Assembly (NCBI GenBank): GCA_036170245.1
Contig: JAVHOV010000011.1
Location: 1-20,287, forward strand
Reading direction: 5' to 3'
DNA: 20,287 bases
Source of the DNA: an archaeon
GTDB taxonomy: Archaea > Iainarchaeota > Iainarchaeia > Iainarchaeales > JAAZKV01
Shown here: piece by piece, positions 1 to 9,424 of the stretch
How the letters are laid out: each line of letters starts with the position of its first letter
How positions within the stretch are numbered: the first letter of the stretch is position 1
The notes under the pieces: model-generated
What the model saw: the letters and a program-made list of their open reading frames with translations, nothing else
What the model was told of the DNA's origin: nothing
Databases searched by the model: none
Program-made: the position numbers and the translations under genes

Positions 1-93
1 ACGAATCATAAAAATTAAGCTTTGGATACAAACCAAATAGGATTTCTACAGAACCCAAATATCAGTTAAGTTTATTTACTTCTTTTTCATTGT

Positions 94-510
94 ATGCTTA
101 TGAGTAAGATAAAATCAAATGCAGCCGTAAAAATAAATTCATCTATGAAGATGAATATTCTTGTTTTATTATCCTTAATTATGGCTTTGGGCATTTTGTT
201 TTTCTTGGGACTTAAAGAGAGAGAATCCCTTGAATTAATCAATCTTGTATTAACAATGTCTGTCACAATGGCTGGTTTTGGGCTTGTTGCACTTCAAATT
301 GGCCATGCTTCAAGTGAATTGAAGAATGATTTTATTGAATCAAGTATAATTTTGATTGCCTCAACAATGGCAGGGTTTTTTTATATTGTTTACCCTGAAA
401 TTTCTTTTTTAGGATTCAATTTTGGAGAAATAAGTATATTCATGTTCTTTTGGGGATTTATAATACTTGTAATTACTTTAATTGACAGAAGATTTAATTT
501 ATTAAAGTAA
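94..510 (+). CDS. Hypothetical integral membrane protein (about 4 TM helices)
   Basis: 138-aa ORF with four hydrophobic stretches, followed by T-rich tracts. No family recognised. Start uncertain (ATG 94, 100 or 145). Confidence 0.7.
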   Translation: MLMSKIKSNAAVKINSSMKMNILVLLSLIMALGILFFLGLKERESLELINLVLTMSVTMAGFGLVALQIGHASSELKNDFIESSIILIASTMAGFFYIVYPEISFLGFNFGEISIFMFFWGFIILVITLIDRRFNLLK

Positions 511-567
511 TATTTTTTATTTTAAAATTCTTCCCCTTTTTTATCAAAAATTTGAATCCCTGCCTCA

Positions 568-575
568 TTTATAAA
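568..575 (+). promoter_or_regulatory. Putative archaeal TATA box for the J-domain gene
   Basis: TTTATAAA about 38 nt upstream of ATG 614; SD-like GTGGT at 604-608. Confidence 0.45.
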
Positions 576-613
576 TCTGCTTAAATGAAAATTAATTATA
601 GTTGTGGTATAAA

Positions 614-1153
614 ATGGAAACTGTTAATTTTAAGGGACACATAATAACTCCTATGCTAATTAAGGATAATTTTCAAAGAAGAGCTCTTCAGATGAAGAAC
701 AAAATAATTGCAGCTCTTGAAAAAACTGGGGTTAAGCCAGATAATGTTGAACTTGAATTTAATGGAATGGAAGTAAAGAAAGCTAAAGCCGTAGTTACTT
801 GGTATTTTGATGGACATATGCTTCACTATGGGAACAATTCAATGGATAAATATGTTGAAAACTTGTACATTGTTTCAAAAGTGATTGAATGTGAAGTTGA
901 ATCTGTTTTGAAAGGCGAAAAATCAATGCTTGATTTTGTCGGAGAATTTAGAGAAGATGATGATTTAGAGAAGTCAAGAAAAGAAGCAAGAGAATTCTTT
1001 GGTCTTCCTCATGATGCAAAGGATATGGATGAGATTGATAAAAGATACAAAGAAATGGCTAGACACTTACACCCTGATATGCCTACAGGAGACACTGAAA
1101 AATTCAAAAAATTGAATACTGCTCACAAGATTCTAAAAAGAGAATTAATGTAA
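614..1153 (+). CDS. Protein with C-terminal J-domain (DnaJ-like, HPD motif) and uncharacterised N-terminal domain
   Basis: C-terminus EAREFFGL...EIDKRYKEMARHLHPDMPTGDTEKFKKLNTAHKIL matches the J-domain pattern. ATG 614 preferred over the track's TTG 602. Confidence 0.85.
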   Translation: METVNFKGHIITPMLIKDNFQRRALQMKNKIIAALEKTGVKPDNVELEFNGMEVKKAKAVVTWYFDGHMLHYGNNSMDKYVENLYIVSKVIECEVESVLKGEKSMLDFVGEFREDDDLEKSRKEAREFFGLPHDAKDMDEIDKRYKEMARHLHPDMPTGDTEKFKKLNTAHKILKRELM

Positions 1154-1251
1154 AACTAAAAAATTAATTCTTTTTTAGCAAATCAAGATTAGTGCCGTCA
1201 CTATTAATACTGATTTAATAAAATAAAAAAATAGTGAAAAGAGAATTTATT

Positions 1252-3093
1252 TTATTCTCTTTTCTTAGGCTTATCCTTTGAGTCATGTGATTTATGCGCT
1301 CTGTCAGAAGTAGGCACTGCTTTTCTTGCTGTGTTAAATTCTCCAAAAGTATTTCTTTCCTTGTAAGGAGCATGTTCTTTTTTTGTTTCATATTTCTTGT
1401 GTTCAGGATTATAATGTGAACTTGGGAAAAGAGGTTCAGGAGTCCTTGGAGTTCTTTCATGAGCAACAGGTTTTTGTTCGCCTGCACTTTGAGAAGAATA
1501 TACTGGGGAGCTGTTTCTTTCTCCTCCTCCATAACTTGGTCTGCTTGAATAATTGTCTCTATTACCTTTGTAGTTTGGACTATGTCCTCTACTCTGTCCG
1601 CCACCATAACTTGGTCGTGAATAACTACTTTGAGAATTTGATCTAGGGTAGCTACTACTTCCTCTGCTAAAGTTTCCTTGAGAGTAATCTCTTCTTGGGT
1701 ATTGACTACCTTGTGAAGAATAACCTGAAGAACTACCTTGAGTTGAAGAATCACTTGATCCTTCTCTTCTTGGCCAGCTGTTTTGGCTTCTTGGGTAAGA
1801 TGGTCTTCCTTCTCTAAAGTTATTATGCCCGCCGTATGAAGATCTTTGAGGTCGTCCTTCGTAGCTATTGCCACTTGAACTTCCAAAGTTTCCTCTAGGT
1901 CTTCTATCATTTCCTCTTCCGCCAAAATCTCTTCTTTCAAAACCTTCTCCTCTATCTGAGTAACTGTCTTCTCTTGAGAATTCAATTTTTTCAAACTCTG
2001 GTAGAGTTTCTTGTAAGATTTCAGCTTTTCCAAATCTTAATATTTTATTGAAGTTGTTGTAATCTCTTTCGCTTAACAGAGTTACAGCTTCTCCTTTCTT
2101 TCCTGCTCTTGCAGTTCTACCAATTCTGTGAGTGTACTCTTCAGGAGTTCTTGGCACATCATAATTGTAGACATGTGAAACATCCTTGATATCAAGTCCT
2201 CTTGCAGCAACATCAGTTGCAACTAAAACATCAATCTTTGCATTCTTAAAAGAATTAACAGCGAATTGTCTTTTTCCTTGTGTTAAATCTCCGTGAACTG
2301 GTAAAGCTTCAACTTTTAGTTTTCTTAACTGCTTTGCGACTCTGTCAACTTCTCTTTTAGTTCCGCAAAATACTATTGCAGGACCGCTTGTTTTTTTCTT
2401 TAACAAGTGAACTAACAAAGCAAATTTATCATTTTTTCTAACGCTGTAGAAAACTTGTTTTAGCAATGTTTTGTCAATTTGAAGTTTTTCTTGTATGTAA
2501 ACAGGACTCTTCAAGTATTTTCCAATCATACTCTGTGCTTCTTTAGACATTGTAGCACTAAACATAATAGTTTGTCTTGATGTTGGAGTTTGTCTTAATA
2601 TTTTATCAACATCATCCTCAAAACCCATATCAAACATTCTGTCTGCTTCATCAAGAATAACGAACTTGATATTCTTTAGAGAAATATTTCTTCTCCCTAT
2701 GTGATCAAGTAGTCTTCCGGGAGTTGCAACAATTACTTCTCCGAATTTGATTTCTTCCATTTGCTGAAAGAACCCAACTCCACCATAAATACTAATTATA
2801 TTTATAGGCAAGAATTTTGCGTATTGCTCCAAGTTATCTCTAACTTGAACACAAAGTTCTCTTGTTGGAATTAAAATTAATGCTTGAAGTCCAGCACCAG
2901 GAACAATTTTTTCTAGTATTGGTAATCCAAAAGCAGCTGTTTTACCTGAACCAGTTAGAGATTGTCCAACTAAATCCTTTCCAGCTTTAATTTGTGGAAT
3001 ACATTTTTCTTGTATTGCAGTAGGAGTAGTAATTCCCATTACTTTTAATCCTTCTACTAATTTGGGGTTTAAGCCCATTTTTGTGAAACCCAT
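1252..3093 (-). CDS. DEAD-box RNA helicase (DeaD/CshA/RhlE-like) with long R/G/S/Y-rich disordered C-terminal tail
   Basis: Q motif (PTAIQ), TGSGKT, PTREL, TPGRL, DEAD, SAT, TDVAARGLD, HRIGRTAR. SD-like GAGATGA upstream of the ATG. Confidence 0.96.
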   Translation of the reverse strand: MGFTKMGLNPKLVEGLKVMGITTPTAIQEKCIPQIKAGKDLVGQSLTGSGKTAAFGLPILEKIVPGAGLQALILIPTRELCVQVRDNLEQYAKFLPINIISIYGGVGFFQQMEEIKFGEVIVATPGRLLDHIGRRNISLKNIKFVILDEADRMFDMGFEDDVDKILRQTPTSRQTIMFSATMSKEAQSMIGKYLKSPVYIQEKLQIDKTLLKQVFYSVRKNDKFALLVHLLKKKTSGPAIVFCGTKREVDRVAKQLRKLKVEALPVHGDLTQGKRQFAVNSFKNAKIDVLVATDVAARGLDIKDVSHVYNYDVPRTPEEYTHRIGRTARAGKKGEAVTLLSERDYNNFNKILRFGKAEILQETLPEFEKIEFSREDSYSDRGEGFERRDFGGRGNDRRPRGNFGSSSGNSYEGRPQRSSYGGHNNFREGRPSYPRSQNSWPRREGSSDSSTQGSSSGYSSQGSQYPRRDYSQGNFSRGSSSYPRSNSQSSYSRPSYGGGQSRGHSPNYKGNRDNYSSRPSYGGGERNSSPVYSSQSAGEQKPVAHERTPRTPEPLFPSSHYNPEHKKYETKKEHAPYKERNTFGEFNTARKAVPTSDRAHKSHDSKDKPKKRE

Positions 3094-3383
3094 TTATATC
3101 ATCTCTTTATTTTTCCCGCAAGAAAAACAAAGCATGTGTTTATTTATATTACTGCTAATATTAGAAACTGTATATTTTTGTCTTTCTTAACACATATATT
3201 TCAATACATCAATTTAAAAGGGATAAAATAGCTGTTTTTTGCTAATTTTTTGGTTTAATGTATAAAGTAGTACACCTTAGACTCAATCTTTATTAATAAT
3301 ATACAAATACAATTATTTAGTGTTTACAATGAGTGATTTAGCCATTCAATTCTAATTCTGATCATAATAGCTTTATCGAAATA

Positions 3384-4883
3384 ATGGATACTACTCTTCG
3401 AGATGGAGAGCAGACTGAAGAAGTATCCTTTTCTTCTCAAGAAAAACTTTCTATTGCAAAAAAACTTCTTTTGGATGTAAAAGTTGATAGAATAGAGATT
3501 GCTTCAACTCGGGTTTCAAAGGGGGAGGAAGAGTCCTGTAGATTAATCTTTGATTGGGCAAAAAAAGCTAATTTGTTGGACAATGTGGAAGTACTAAGTT
3601 TTGTTGATTATGATAAAAGTGTAAATTGGTTACTTTCAACTGGAGGGAGAACAATTAATCTTCTCTGCAAAGGAAGCAAAAATCATTGTGTGAACCAACT
3701 TCATAAAAAACCAGAGGAACATTTTGGGGATATTAAAAAAACAATTGAATATGCTTGCGCAAATGAAGTTATGGTGAATGCATATTTGGAAGATTTTTCA
3801 AACGGAATAAGAGAAGATGAAGAATATGTTTTTGAAGTTACAAAAGTTCTTTTTGATTTAGGAGTAAAAAGAGTAATGCTTGCAGATACTCTTGGAGTAC
3901 TAAGTCCAAATGAAGTAAAAAAATATGTTTTAAAAATGGTTGAAAAATTTCCTAATTTACATTTTGATTTTCATGCACATAATGATTATGGGTTAAGTGT
4001 AGCCAATTCTTTAGCTGCAGTAAATGCTGGGGTAAAAGGAGTTCACTCTACAGTCAATGGGCTTGGAGAGCGAACTGGAAATACTCCTCTTGAAGTATTA
4101 GTTCCCGCATTAAATGATTTTACAAAAGAAAGGACAAGAGTTGAAGAAAAACAATTATCAAACGTTTCTCATTTAGTTGAACTTTTTTCAAGGAGAAGAA
4201 TAGCAAAAAATCACCCAGTTGTCGGAAGTGTAGTATTTACTCAAACCGCAGGAATTCACGCGGATGGGGACAAAAAAGGAAATTTGTACAAAAGCAAACT
4301 ATTTGCAGAACGATTTGGTCGTTCTACAAGGTACGCACTAGGAAAACTTTCAGGCAAAGCTTCAATTGAATTAACTCTAAAACAATTTGGGGTAAATTTA
4401 TCAAACGAGGATTCAAAAAAAATACTTGAAAAAGTTGTGGAACTGGGTGACAAAAAGCAATTTGTTTCAAAGGATGATTTGTTATTTATCCTAAATGAAA
4501 TGCAGTCAAATAATAGTGCAAAAAAGTTTGAAGTAATGGATTACAAAATAATTTCTTCAAAAAATACAAAACCCTCTGCAAAAATTAAAGTTATGTTTAA
4601 TGGTAAGAAGTTTTCTTCTGCTGCATTTGGCGGAGGAGGATTTGATGCATTTGTAAGTGCTCTAAAGAAAGTTTTCAAGAAAAATAAATTATCTTTCCCT
4701 CAGCTAATTGATTATGAAATAAGAATACCTGTTGGAGGTCACACTGATGCTTTAGTTGAATGTAAAATAATTTGGAAGAAGGGAAACAGAAAAATAGAAA
4801 CAATAGGGGTTTCAACAGATCAATTAGAAGCTGCAATAAAAGCAACTGAAAAAATGGTTAATGTGGTGCTTTTGATAAAATAG
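3384..4883 (+). CDS. cimA: (R)-citramalate synthase, Leptospira/Bacteroidetes type (DRE-TIM family with LeuA-type regulatory domain)
   Basis: DTTLRDGEQT, HAHND, NGLGERTGN, plus subfamily-like stretches NLLCKGS, TQTAGIHADGDKKGNLY, YALGKLSGKASI, LIDYEIRIPVGGHTDALVE. The true N-terminus may extend upstream of 3384 (see findings). 2-isopropylmalate synthase activity is not excluded. Confidence 0.8.
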   Translation: MDTTLRDGEQTEEVSFSSQEKLSIAKKLLLDVKVDRIEIASTRVSKGEEESCRLIFDWAKKANLLDNVEVLSFVDYDKSVNWLLSTGGRTINLLCKGSKNHCVNQLHKKPEEHFGDIKKTIEYACANEVMVNAYLEDFSNGIREDEEYVFEVTKVLFDLGVKRVMLADTLGVLSPNEVKKYVLKMVEKFPNLHFDFHAHNDYGLSVANSLAAVNAGVKGVHSTVNGLGERTGNTPLEVLVPALNDFTKERTRVEEKQLSNVSHLVELFSRRRIAKNHPVVGSVVFTQTAGIHADGDKKGNLYKSKLFAERFGRSTRYALGKLSGKASIELTLKQFGVNLSNEDSKKILEKVVELGDKKQFVSKDDLLFILNEMQSNNSAKKFEVMDYKIISSKNTKPSAKIKVMFNGKKFSSAAFGGGGFDAFVSALKKVFKKNKLSFPQLIDYEIRIPVGGHTDALVECKIIWKKGNRKIETIGVSTDQLEAAIKATEKMVNVVLLIK

Positions 4884-4927
4884 TCAAACGTTGCATTTTA
4901 TTTAATCTTTCTATTAAAGGATTAGTT

Positions 4928-5968
4928 ATGAAAACCCAACTAATTAAAGTAACTTCAAAAAATAAAAATGAAGTTCTTACGCGTGCTGCTGAATTAATCA
5001 AAAAAGGGGAAGTAGTTGCTTTTCCAACTGAAACTGTTTATGGATTAGGTGCAAATGCATTTGATGAGAATGCAGTAAAAAAAATATTTATTGCAAAAGG
5101 AAGGCCGAGTGATAATCCATTGATTGTTCACATCTCTGATTTAAAACAACTAAATGAATTAGTTGAAACAGTTCCTCCAAAAGCAAAGCAATTGATGAAA
5201 TTATTCTGGCCAGGGCCATTGACAATTGTAATGAAAAAATCTGCTAAGGTTCCAATGTGTATTACAGCAGGGCTAAATACAGTTGCAGTAAGAATGCCAA
5301 GCAACAAGTTGGCTCTTGAATTAATAAAAAAAGCAGGGGTTCCAATTGCTGCACCAAGTGCGAATTCTTCAACAAAACCCTCTCCCACAATGGCAAAACA
5401 TGTTCTGTTTGATTTAGACGGAAAGATTCCTATGATTATAGATGGAGGGAATTGTGATATTGGGGTTGAGTCAACTGTTATTGGACTTGCTGGGGAGAAA
5501 CCCGTTTTATTTAGGCCTGGAAGAGTTACTCTTGAAGAGTTGAGAAAAGTTTTGGGTGAAGTGGACTATCCAAAGTCAATCACTCCTTCTAGTTCAAATG
5601 CAAAACTGATTCTTTCTTCTCCAGGAATGAAATACAAGCATTATGCTCCAAAAGCTGAACTTACTTTAGTTGAAGCCAAAATTAAGGGGGATAAAAAAGA
5701 ACTTGATTTCACAACTGAAGTAGAGACATTTGCTTTAAATGAAAATCCAGAATTAATAGGAGTAATTTCTTTTACAAAAAGAACAGGATTTGAAAATGAG
5801 TTTTTCTTCAACAAAGACATTGATTTATATGCAAGAGAATTATTTTCTTCATTAAGGGAACTTGATGAAAGAGGAGTAGAGAAAATAATTGTAGAGGGTG
5901 TAAGCGACTCAAATTTAGGGCTTGCTGTAATGAACCGCCTAAGAAAAGCAGCATCGAAGATTATTTAA
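4928..5968 (+). CDS. sua5: L-threonylcarbamoyladenylate synthase Sua5 (YrdC domain + SUA5 domain; t6A37 pathway)
   Basis: VAFPTETVYGLGA, KGRPSDNPLIVH, FWPGPLT, AVRMP, APSAN, linker PGMKYKHYAP, C-terminal AVMNRLRKAA. Confidence 0.95.
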   Translation: MKTQLIKVTSKNKNEVLTRAAELIKKGEVVAFPTETVYGLGANAFDENAVKKIFIAKGRPSDNPLIVHISDLKQLNELVETVPPKAKQLMKLFWPGPLTIVMKKSAKVPMCITAGLNTVAVRMPSNKLALELIKKAGVPIAAPSANSSTKPSPTMAKHVLFDLDGKIPMIIDGGNCDIGVESTVIGLAGEKPVLFRPGRVTLEELRKVLGEVDYPKSITPSSSNAKLILSSPGMKYKHYAPKAELTLVEAKIKGDKKELDFTTEVETFALNENPELIGVISFTKRTGFENEFFFNKDIDLYARELFSSLRELDERGVEKIIVEGVSDSNLGLAVMNRLRKAASKII

Positions 5969-5993
5969 GGACAAAAATTCTTTATTTTGTTGT

Positions 5994-8144
5994 ATGTGCG
6001 GTATTGTTGGCTTATACAATTTCACTAATTCTAATGAATTAACCAAAAGTGCGCTTAAAGCAATAACTTACCGCGGAACTGATAGTACAAAAGTTATTCA
6101 AATTGGAAAATTAACCTTTGGCCACAATCTACATTCAGTAATTGATTTTGTAGTTCAGCCAATTGAATCAAAAAAAGGGATTTTAATAATAAATTGTGAA
6201 ATTTATAATTGGAAGATACTTGCAAAGAAATACAAATTAAAAGTTAAAAATGATTCAGAACTAGTTCTAGCAATTCTTGATTCAAAACCAGTTAAATCAA
6301 TCCCAAAAATAATTGAACAATTTGATGGGGATTTTGCTTTTGCTTATTACTCAAAGAAAGAAAATAAATTAGTTCTTGCAAGAGATATTATTGGAGTAAA
6401 ACCACTAGTTTATTTTTATGATGAGCAAAACTCAAAGTTAGCATTTGCTTCTGAAAAAAAAGCACTTAACTCAATTTCATTAAATGCAATTCACTTAAAC
6501 CCAAGACAAGTTATGATTTTTGACTTAAAGAAGAATAAATTGAGTTTTGTTAAAAAAGAATTTTCTTTCAAAAAGAATTCAAAACCAATTCAAATAAAAA
6601 AATCACTTATTTCTGCAGTTGAGAAACGAATTCCTGCTAGCGAATTTGGACTCCTTCTTTCAGGGGGACTTGATTCTTCATTAATTGGAAAAATAATTAT
6701 TCAATCAACAGAAGGAAAAAAGACCAAATCCAAAAAACCGAATTTTGTAGGGTTATTTGCAGGAGTATTTGATCCTGTAATGGGAGTAACTGAGCCTAAG
6801 GATTATTTGCCTGCAAAAGATGCTGCAAGGGTTTTGGGTTGTGATTTAGTTGCAAAGAAAGTTTTTGTCCCTGAACTTGAGAAGGAGTTACCAAAAATTA
6901 TTTCGCTTATTGAATCAACTGATCCAATTCGCGTTGCAGTCGCTTCTACAATTTATTTTGCTACAAAAGAAGCTTCAAGGTTAGGGCTTAAGGTTGTAAT
7001 GTCAGGACTTGGGGCAGATGAATTATTTGCAGGATATTTTAGATTCAAGAATTCAAATAACATAAACAAAGATTGCTACAGTTATTTGATTAAAATGTAC
7101 GAGAATGATTTGTATTATCAGGATATTATTCTGATGGCAAACAAATTAGAATTAAGAGTTCCTTTTTTTGATAAAGCGCTTGTAAAAAATTCAATTTATT
7201 TTAATGCAAAGCAAAAAATTGTTCTAAACAAAAAAACCAATGTAATTGTTAATAAGAAAGTGTTAAGGGATGTTGCACTTGAATTAAAACTGCCTGAAAT
7301 TATTGCAATGCGTGAAAAGAAAGCTGCACAATATGGGAGCAATTTTGACAAAGCAATTGAATTATTAGCAAAGAAGAACGGATTCAAATCAAAAGCTGAT
7401 TATTTGAATTCAATTGTTGAAAACAATAACCTGGATTCTACTAAAGTTGTGCAAAAAAATATTCCTATTGCAGCACTCCTTTCAACCGGAAAGGATTCAA
7501 TTTATGCAATTCACCTAATGAAAAAACAAGGGTATGATGTACGGTGTTTGATTGCAATTAATCCTAAAAACAAGGAGTCCTTCATGTATCATTCTCCGAC
7601 CCTTGAAATAGCAAAAATGCAGGCTCGTGCTCTTGGAATGAGATTATTACTGATTCAATCTAAAGGAGAGAAAGAAACTGAACTTAAAGAACTTGATAGA
7701 GGGTTAATGCTTGCAAAGAAAATGTTTGGGATAGAAGGTGTATGTTCAGGAGCGTTATTCTCAAATTATCAGCGGGATAGGATTGAAAAAATTTGTGAAA
7801 TTCATGCATTAAGACACTTTGCGCCTTTGTGGCATATGGATCAGGAAAAGTATTTGAGGAATTTAGTAAAACTTGGATTTGTTGCAGTTATCACAAAAAT
7901 TGCGTGCATGGGACTAGACGAGAAGTGGCTTGGGAGAAAAATTGATGATAAGGCAATTAATGATCTTTCTAAATTAAATGAAAAATATGGGGTTAATGTT
8001 GCTGGAGAAGGTGGAGAATATGAATCCTTAGTTCTTGATGCGCCTTTGTTTAAAGAAAAAATTGAAATAAAATTTAATAAAAAAATGTTTGGCGAATTTA
8101 CTGGGGAAATAGAAGTAACAGAAGCTAAGCTAGAAAAGAAGTGA
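5994..8144 (+). CDS. Fusion of asparagine synthetase B-like protein (Ntn glutaminase + synthetase domain) and diphthine-ammonia ligase Dph6
   Basis: AsnB-like part: N-terminal MCGI, NCEIYN, ARDIIGVKPL, LLSGGLDSS, SGLGADELFAGY, ELRVPFFD. Dph6-like part from about 7458: ALLSTGKDS, SFMYH, GALFSNYQRDRIE, APLW, GEGGEYESLVLDAPLF. One continuous ORF. Confidence 0.9.
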   Translation: MCGIVGLYNFTNSNELTKSALKAITYRGTDSTKVIQIGKLTFGHNLHSVIDFVVQPIESKKGILIINCEIYNWKILAKKYKLKVKNDSELVLAILDSKPVKSIPKIIEQFDGDFAFAYYSKKENKLVLARDIIGVKPLVYFYDEQNSKLAFASEKKALNSISLNAIHLNPRQVMIFDLKKNKLSFVKKEFSFKKNSKPIQIKKSLISAVEKRIPASEFGLLLSGGLDSSLIGKIIIQSTEGKKTKSKKPNFVGLFAGVFDPVMGVTEPKDYLPAKDAARVLGCDLVAKKVFVPELEKELPKIISLIESTDPIRVAVASTIYFATKEASRLGLKVVMSGLGADELFAGYFRFKNSNNINKDCYSYLIKMYENDLYYQDIILMANKLELRVPFFDKALVKNSIYFNAKQKIVLNKKTNVIVNKKVLRDVALELKLPEIIAMREKKAAQYGSNFDKAIELLAKKNGFKSKADYLNSIVENNNLDSTKVVQKNIPIAALLSTGKDSIYAIHLMKKQGYDVRCLIAINPKNKESFMYHSPTLEIAKMQARALGMRLLLIQSKGEKETELKELDRGLMLAKKMFGIEGVCSGALFSNYQRDRIEKICEIHALRHFAPLWHMDQEKYLRNLVKLGFVAVITKIACMGLDEKWLGRKIDDKAINDLSKLNEKYGVNVAGEGGEYESLVLDAPLFKEKIEIKFNKKMFGEFTGEIEVTEAKLEKK

Positions 8145-8190
8145 AAAGTTAATTATTTTGATATTTTATTATAATAAATATTTTATTTTT

Positions 8191-9384
8191 TTATTCAAAT
8201 CTAAGTGCTTCAATTGGATCCATGTTTGCTGCTCTTAATGCTGGAAGGAATCCGGATACTATTCCAACAATTGTTGAGAAACCTAATCCTATCAAAGTGA
8301 TTTCTGGACTTATTACCCCAAGTAAAATAAATCCTGATTGGGTTGCAAAGTATGCAATTATTTGTGATAAACCATATCCTAAGATTGTCCCAATTGCTCC
8401 TCCAATTAAGCCGATTAGTGCAGCTTCTATTACAAAAATCATTAGTATTGTATAGTTGCTTGCTCCAAGTGCTTTCATTATTCCAATTTCTTTTGTTTTT
8501 TCAATAACACTAGTTACCATCGCATTCATTATTCCTACTCCTCCAACAATTAATGCAATTACACTTATTCCAAGTAAAAAGAAAGTAATTACTGAGTAGA
8601 GAGAATTAATTGTTTCAAGCAGTTGTTCTGTAGTATACACATACACTGATTTTTCTCCATACTTGTCTTCAAAGTGTGAAGTTAGTTTATCAGCAACATA
8701 TTGATTATCTTCCCTTGAGAGAGTAATGACCATCAAGTATACTGGTTTTTTGTCTGGCACAATTCTATCAAATGCGCTAAGTGTCATCATAACCATATTT
8801 GATGGATCCTGATCTCCAACCATTTGTTCCAGTTTTTTTTGTATTCCTACAATTCTATAAGGAACATCATTAATTGTAACAATTTTTCGTGCAGTTAAAT
8901 CCTTGTCAAAATAATCTTCAGCAAGTTTTTTTGAAACTAATATTCCTTGAGAATCTTCTTTTTCGATGCTTCTTCCCTCGCTTACTTCAAAATAACCATA
9001 TTTTTTGAAAATATCTGCCTTGTCAATATCAGCACTCATTATCATAACACTTGTTTTTTGACCATTTGCTTCCATAGTTCCTGAAGCCATGTACAAAGGG
9101 AAAGTATAATCTACTCCTGAAACACTTTCAGCCCAAGCTATATCCTCATCTGTAAATTCAACTGAACCTGAGCTTCCGCTCATAGGATTAGTTCCAAGCA
9201 AATAAACTACATTTGTTCCCATTTTTTCAAATTGGTCATTAACTGACAAAGTAAGTCCTGCTCCAATTGATAAGAGACAAACTATTGCTGCGATTCCTAT
9301 TACTACTCCTGCAAGAGTCAAAAACGAGCGCATCTGCTGACGCGTAAGACTTTTCAAACTCATTTCAAATATATCTCTAATCAT
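8191..9384 (-). CDS. ABC transporter permease, MacB/FtsX family
   Basis: RSFLTLAGVVIGIAAI, large extracytoplasmic domain, GGVGIMNAM...EKTKEIGIMKALGA, PALRAANMDPIEALRFE. Confidence 0.93.
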   Translation of the reverse strand: MIRDIFEMSLKSLTRQQMRSFLTLAGVVIGIAAIVCLLSIGAGLTLSVNDQFEKMGTNVVYLLGTNPMSGSSGSVEFTDEDIAWAESVSGVDYTFPLYMASGTMEANGQKTSVMIMSADIDKADIFKKYGYFEVSEGRSIEKEDSQGILVSKKLAEDYFDKDLTARKIVTINDVPYRIVGIQKKLEQMVGDQDPSNMVMMTLSAFDRIVPDKKPVYLMVITLSREDNQYVADKLTSHFEDKYGEKSVYVYTTEQLLETINSLYSVITFFLLGISVIALIVGGVGIMNAMVTSVIEKTKEIGIMKALGASNYTILMIFVIEAALIGLIGGAIGTILGYGLSQIIAYFATQSGFILLGVISPEITLIGLGFSTIVGIVSGFLPALRAANMDPIEALRFE

Positions 9385-9424
9385 TTTAATTTACACCATT
9401 TAATTTTAAAAAATTATTTTTATT

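Noticed and set aside
551..566. TTTGAATCCCTGCCTC resembles the tRNA 3' end TTCAAATCCCGGCCTC (13/16), a possible att remnant
   Set aside because: Short, mismatched, on the wrong side of the tRNA relative to the integrase, and the enclosed genes look like core genes.
1190..1203. Small hairpin TAGTG-CCGT-CACTA between convergent genes
   Set aside because: Only 5 bp; too weak to call.
1215..2033. 272-aa same-strand ORF overlapping the DEAD-box tail
   Set aside because: It is the +1 frame of the helicase. Stops in that frame need Leu/Ile/Val/Met codons (NTA/NTG), which the low-complexity tail nearly lacks, so the frame stays open passively.
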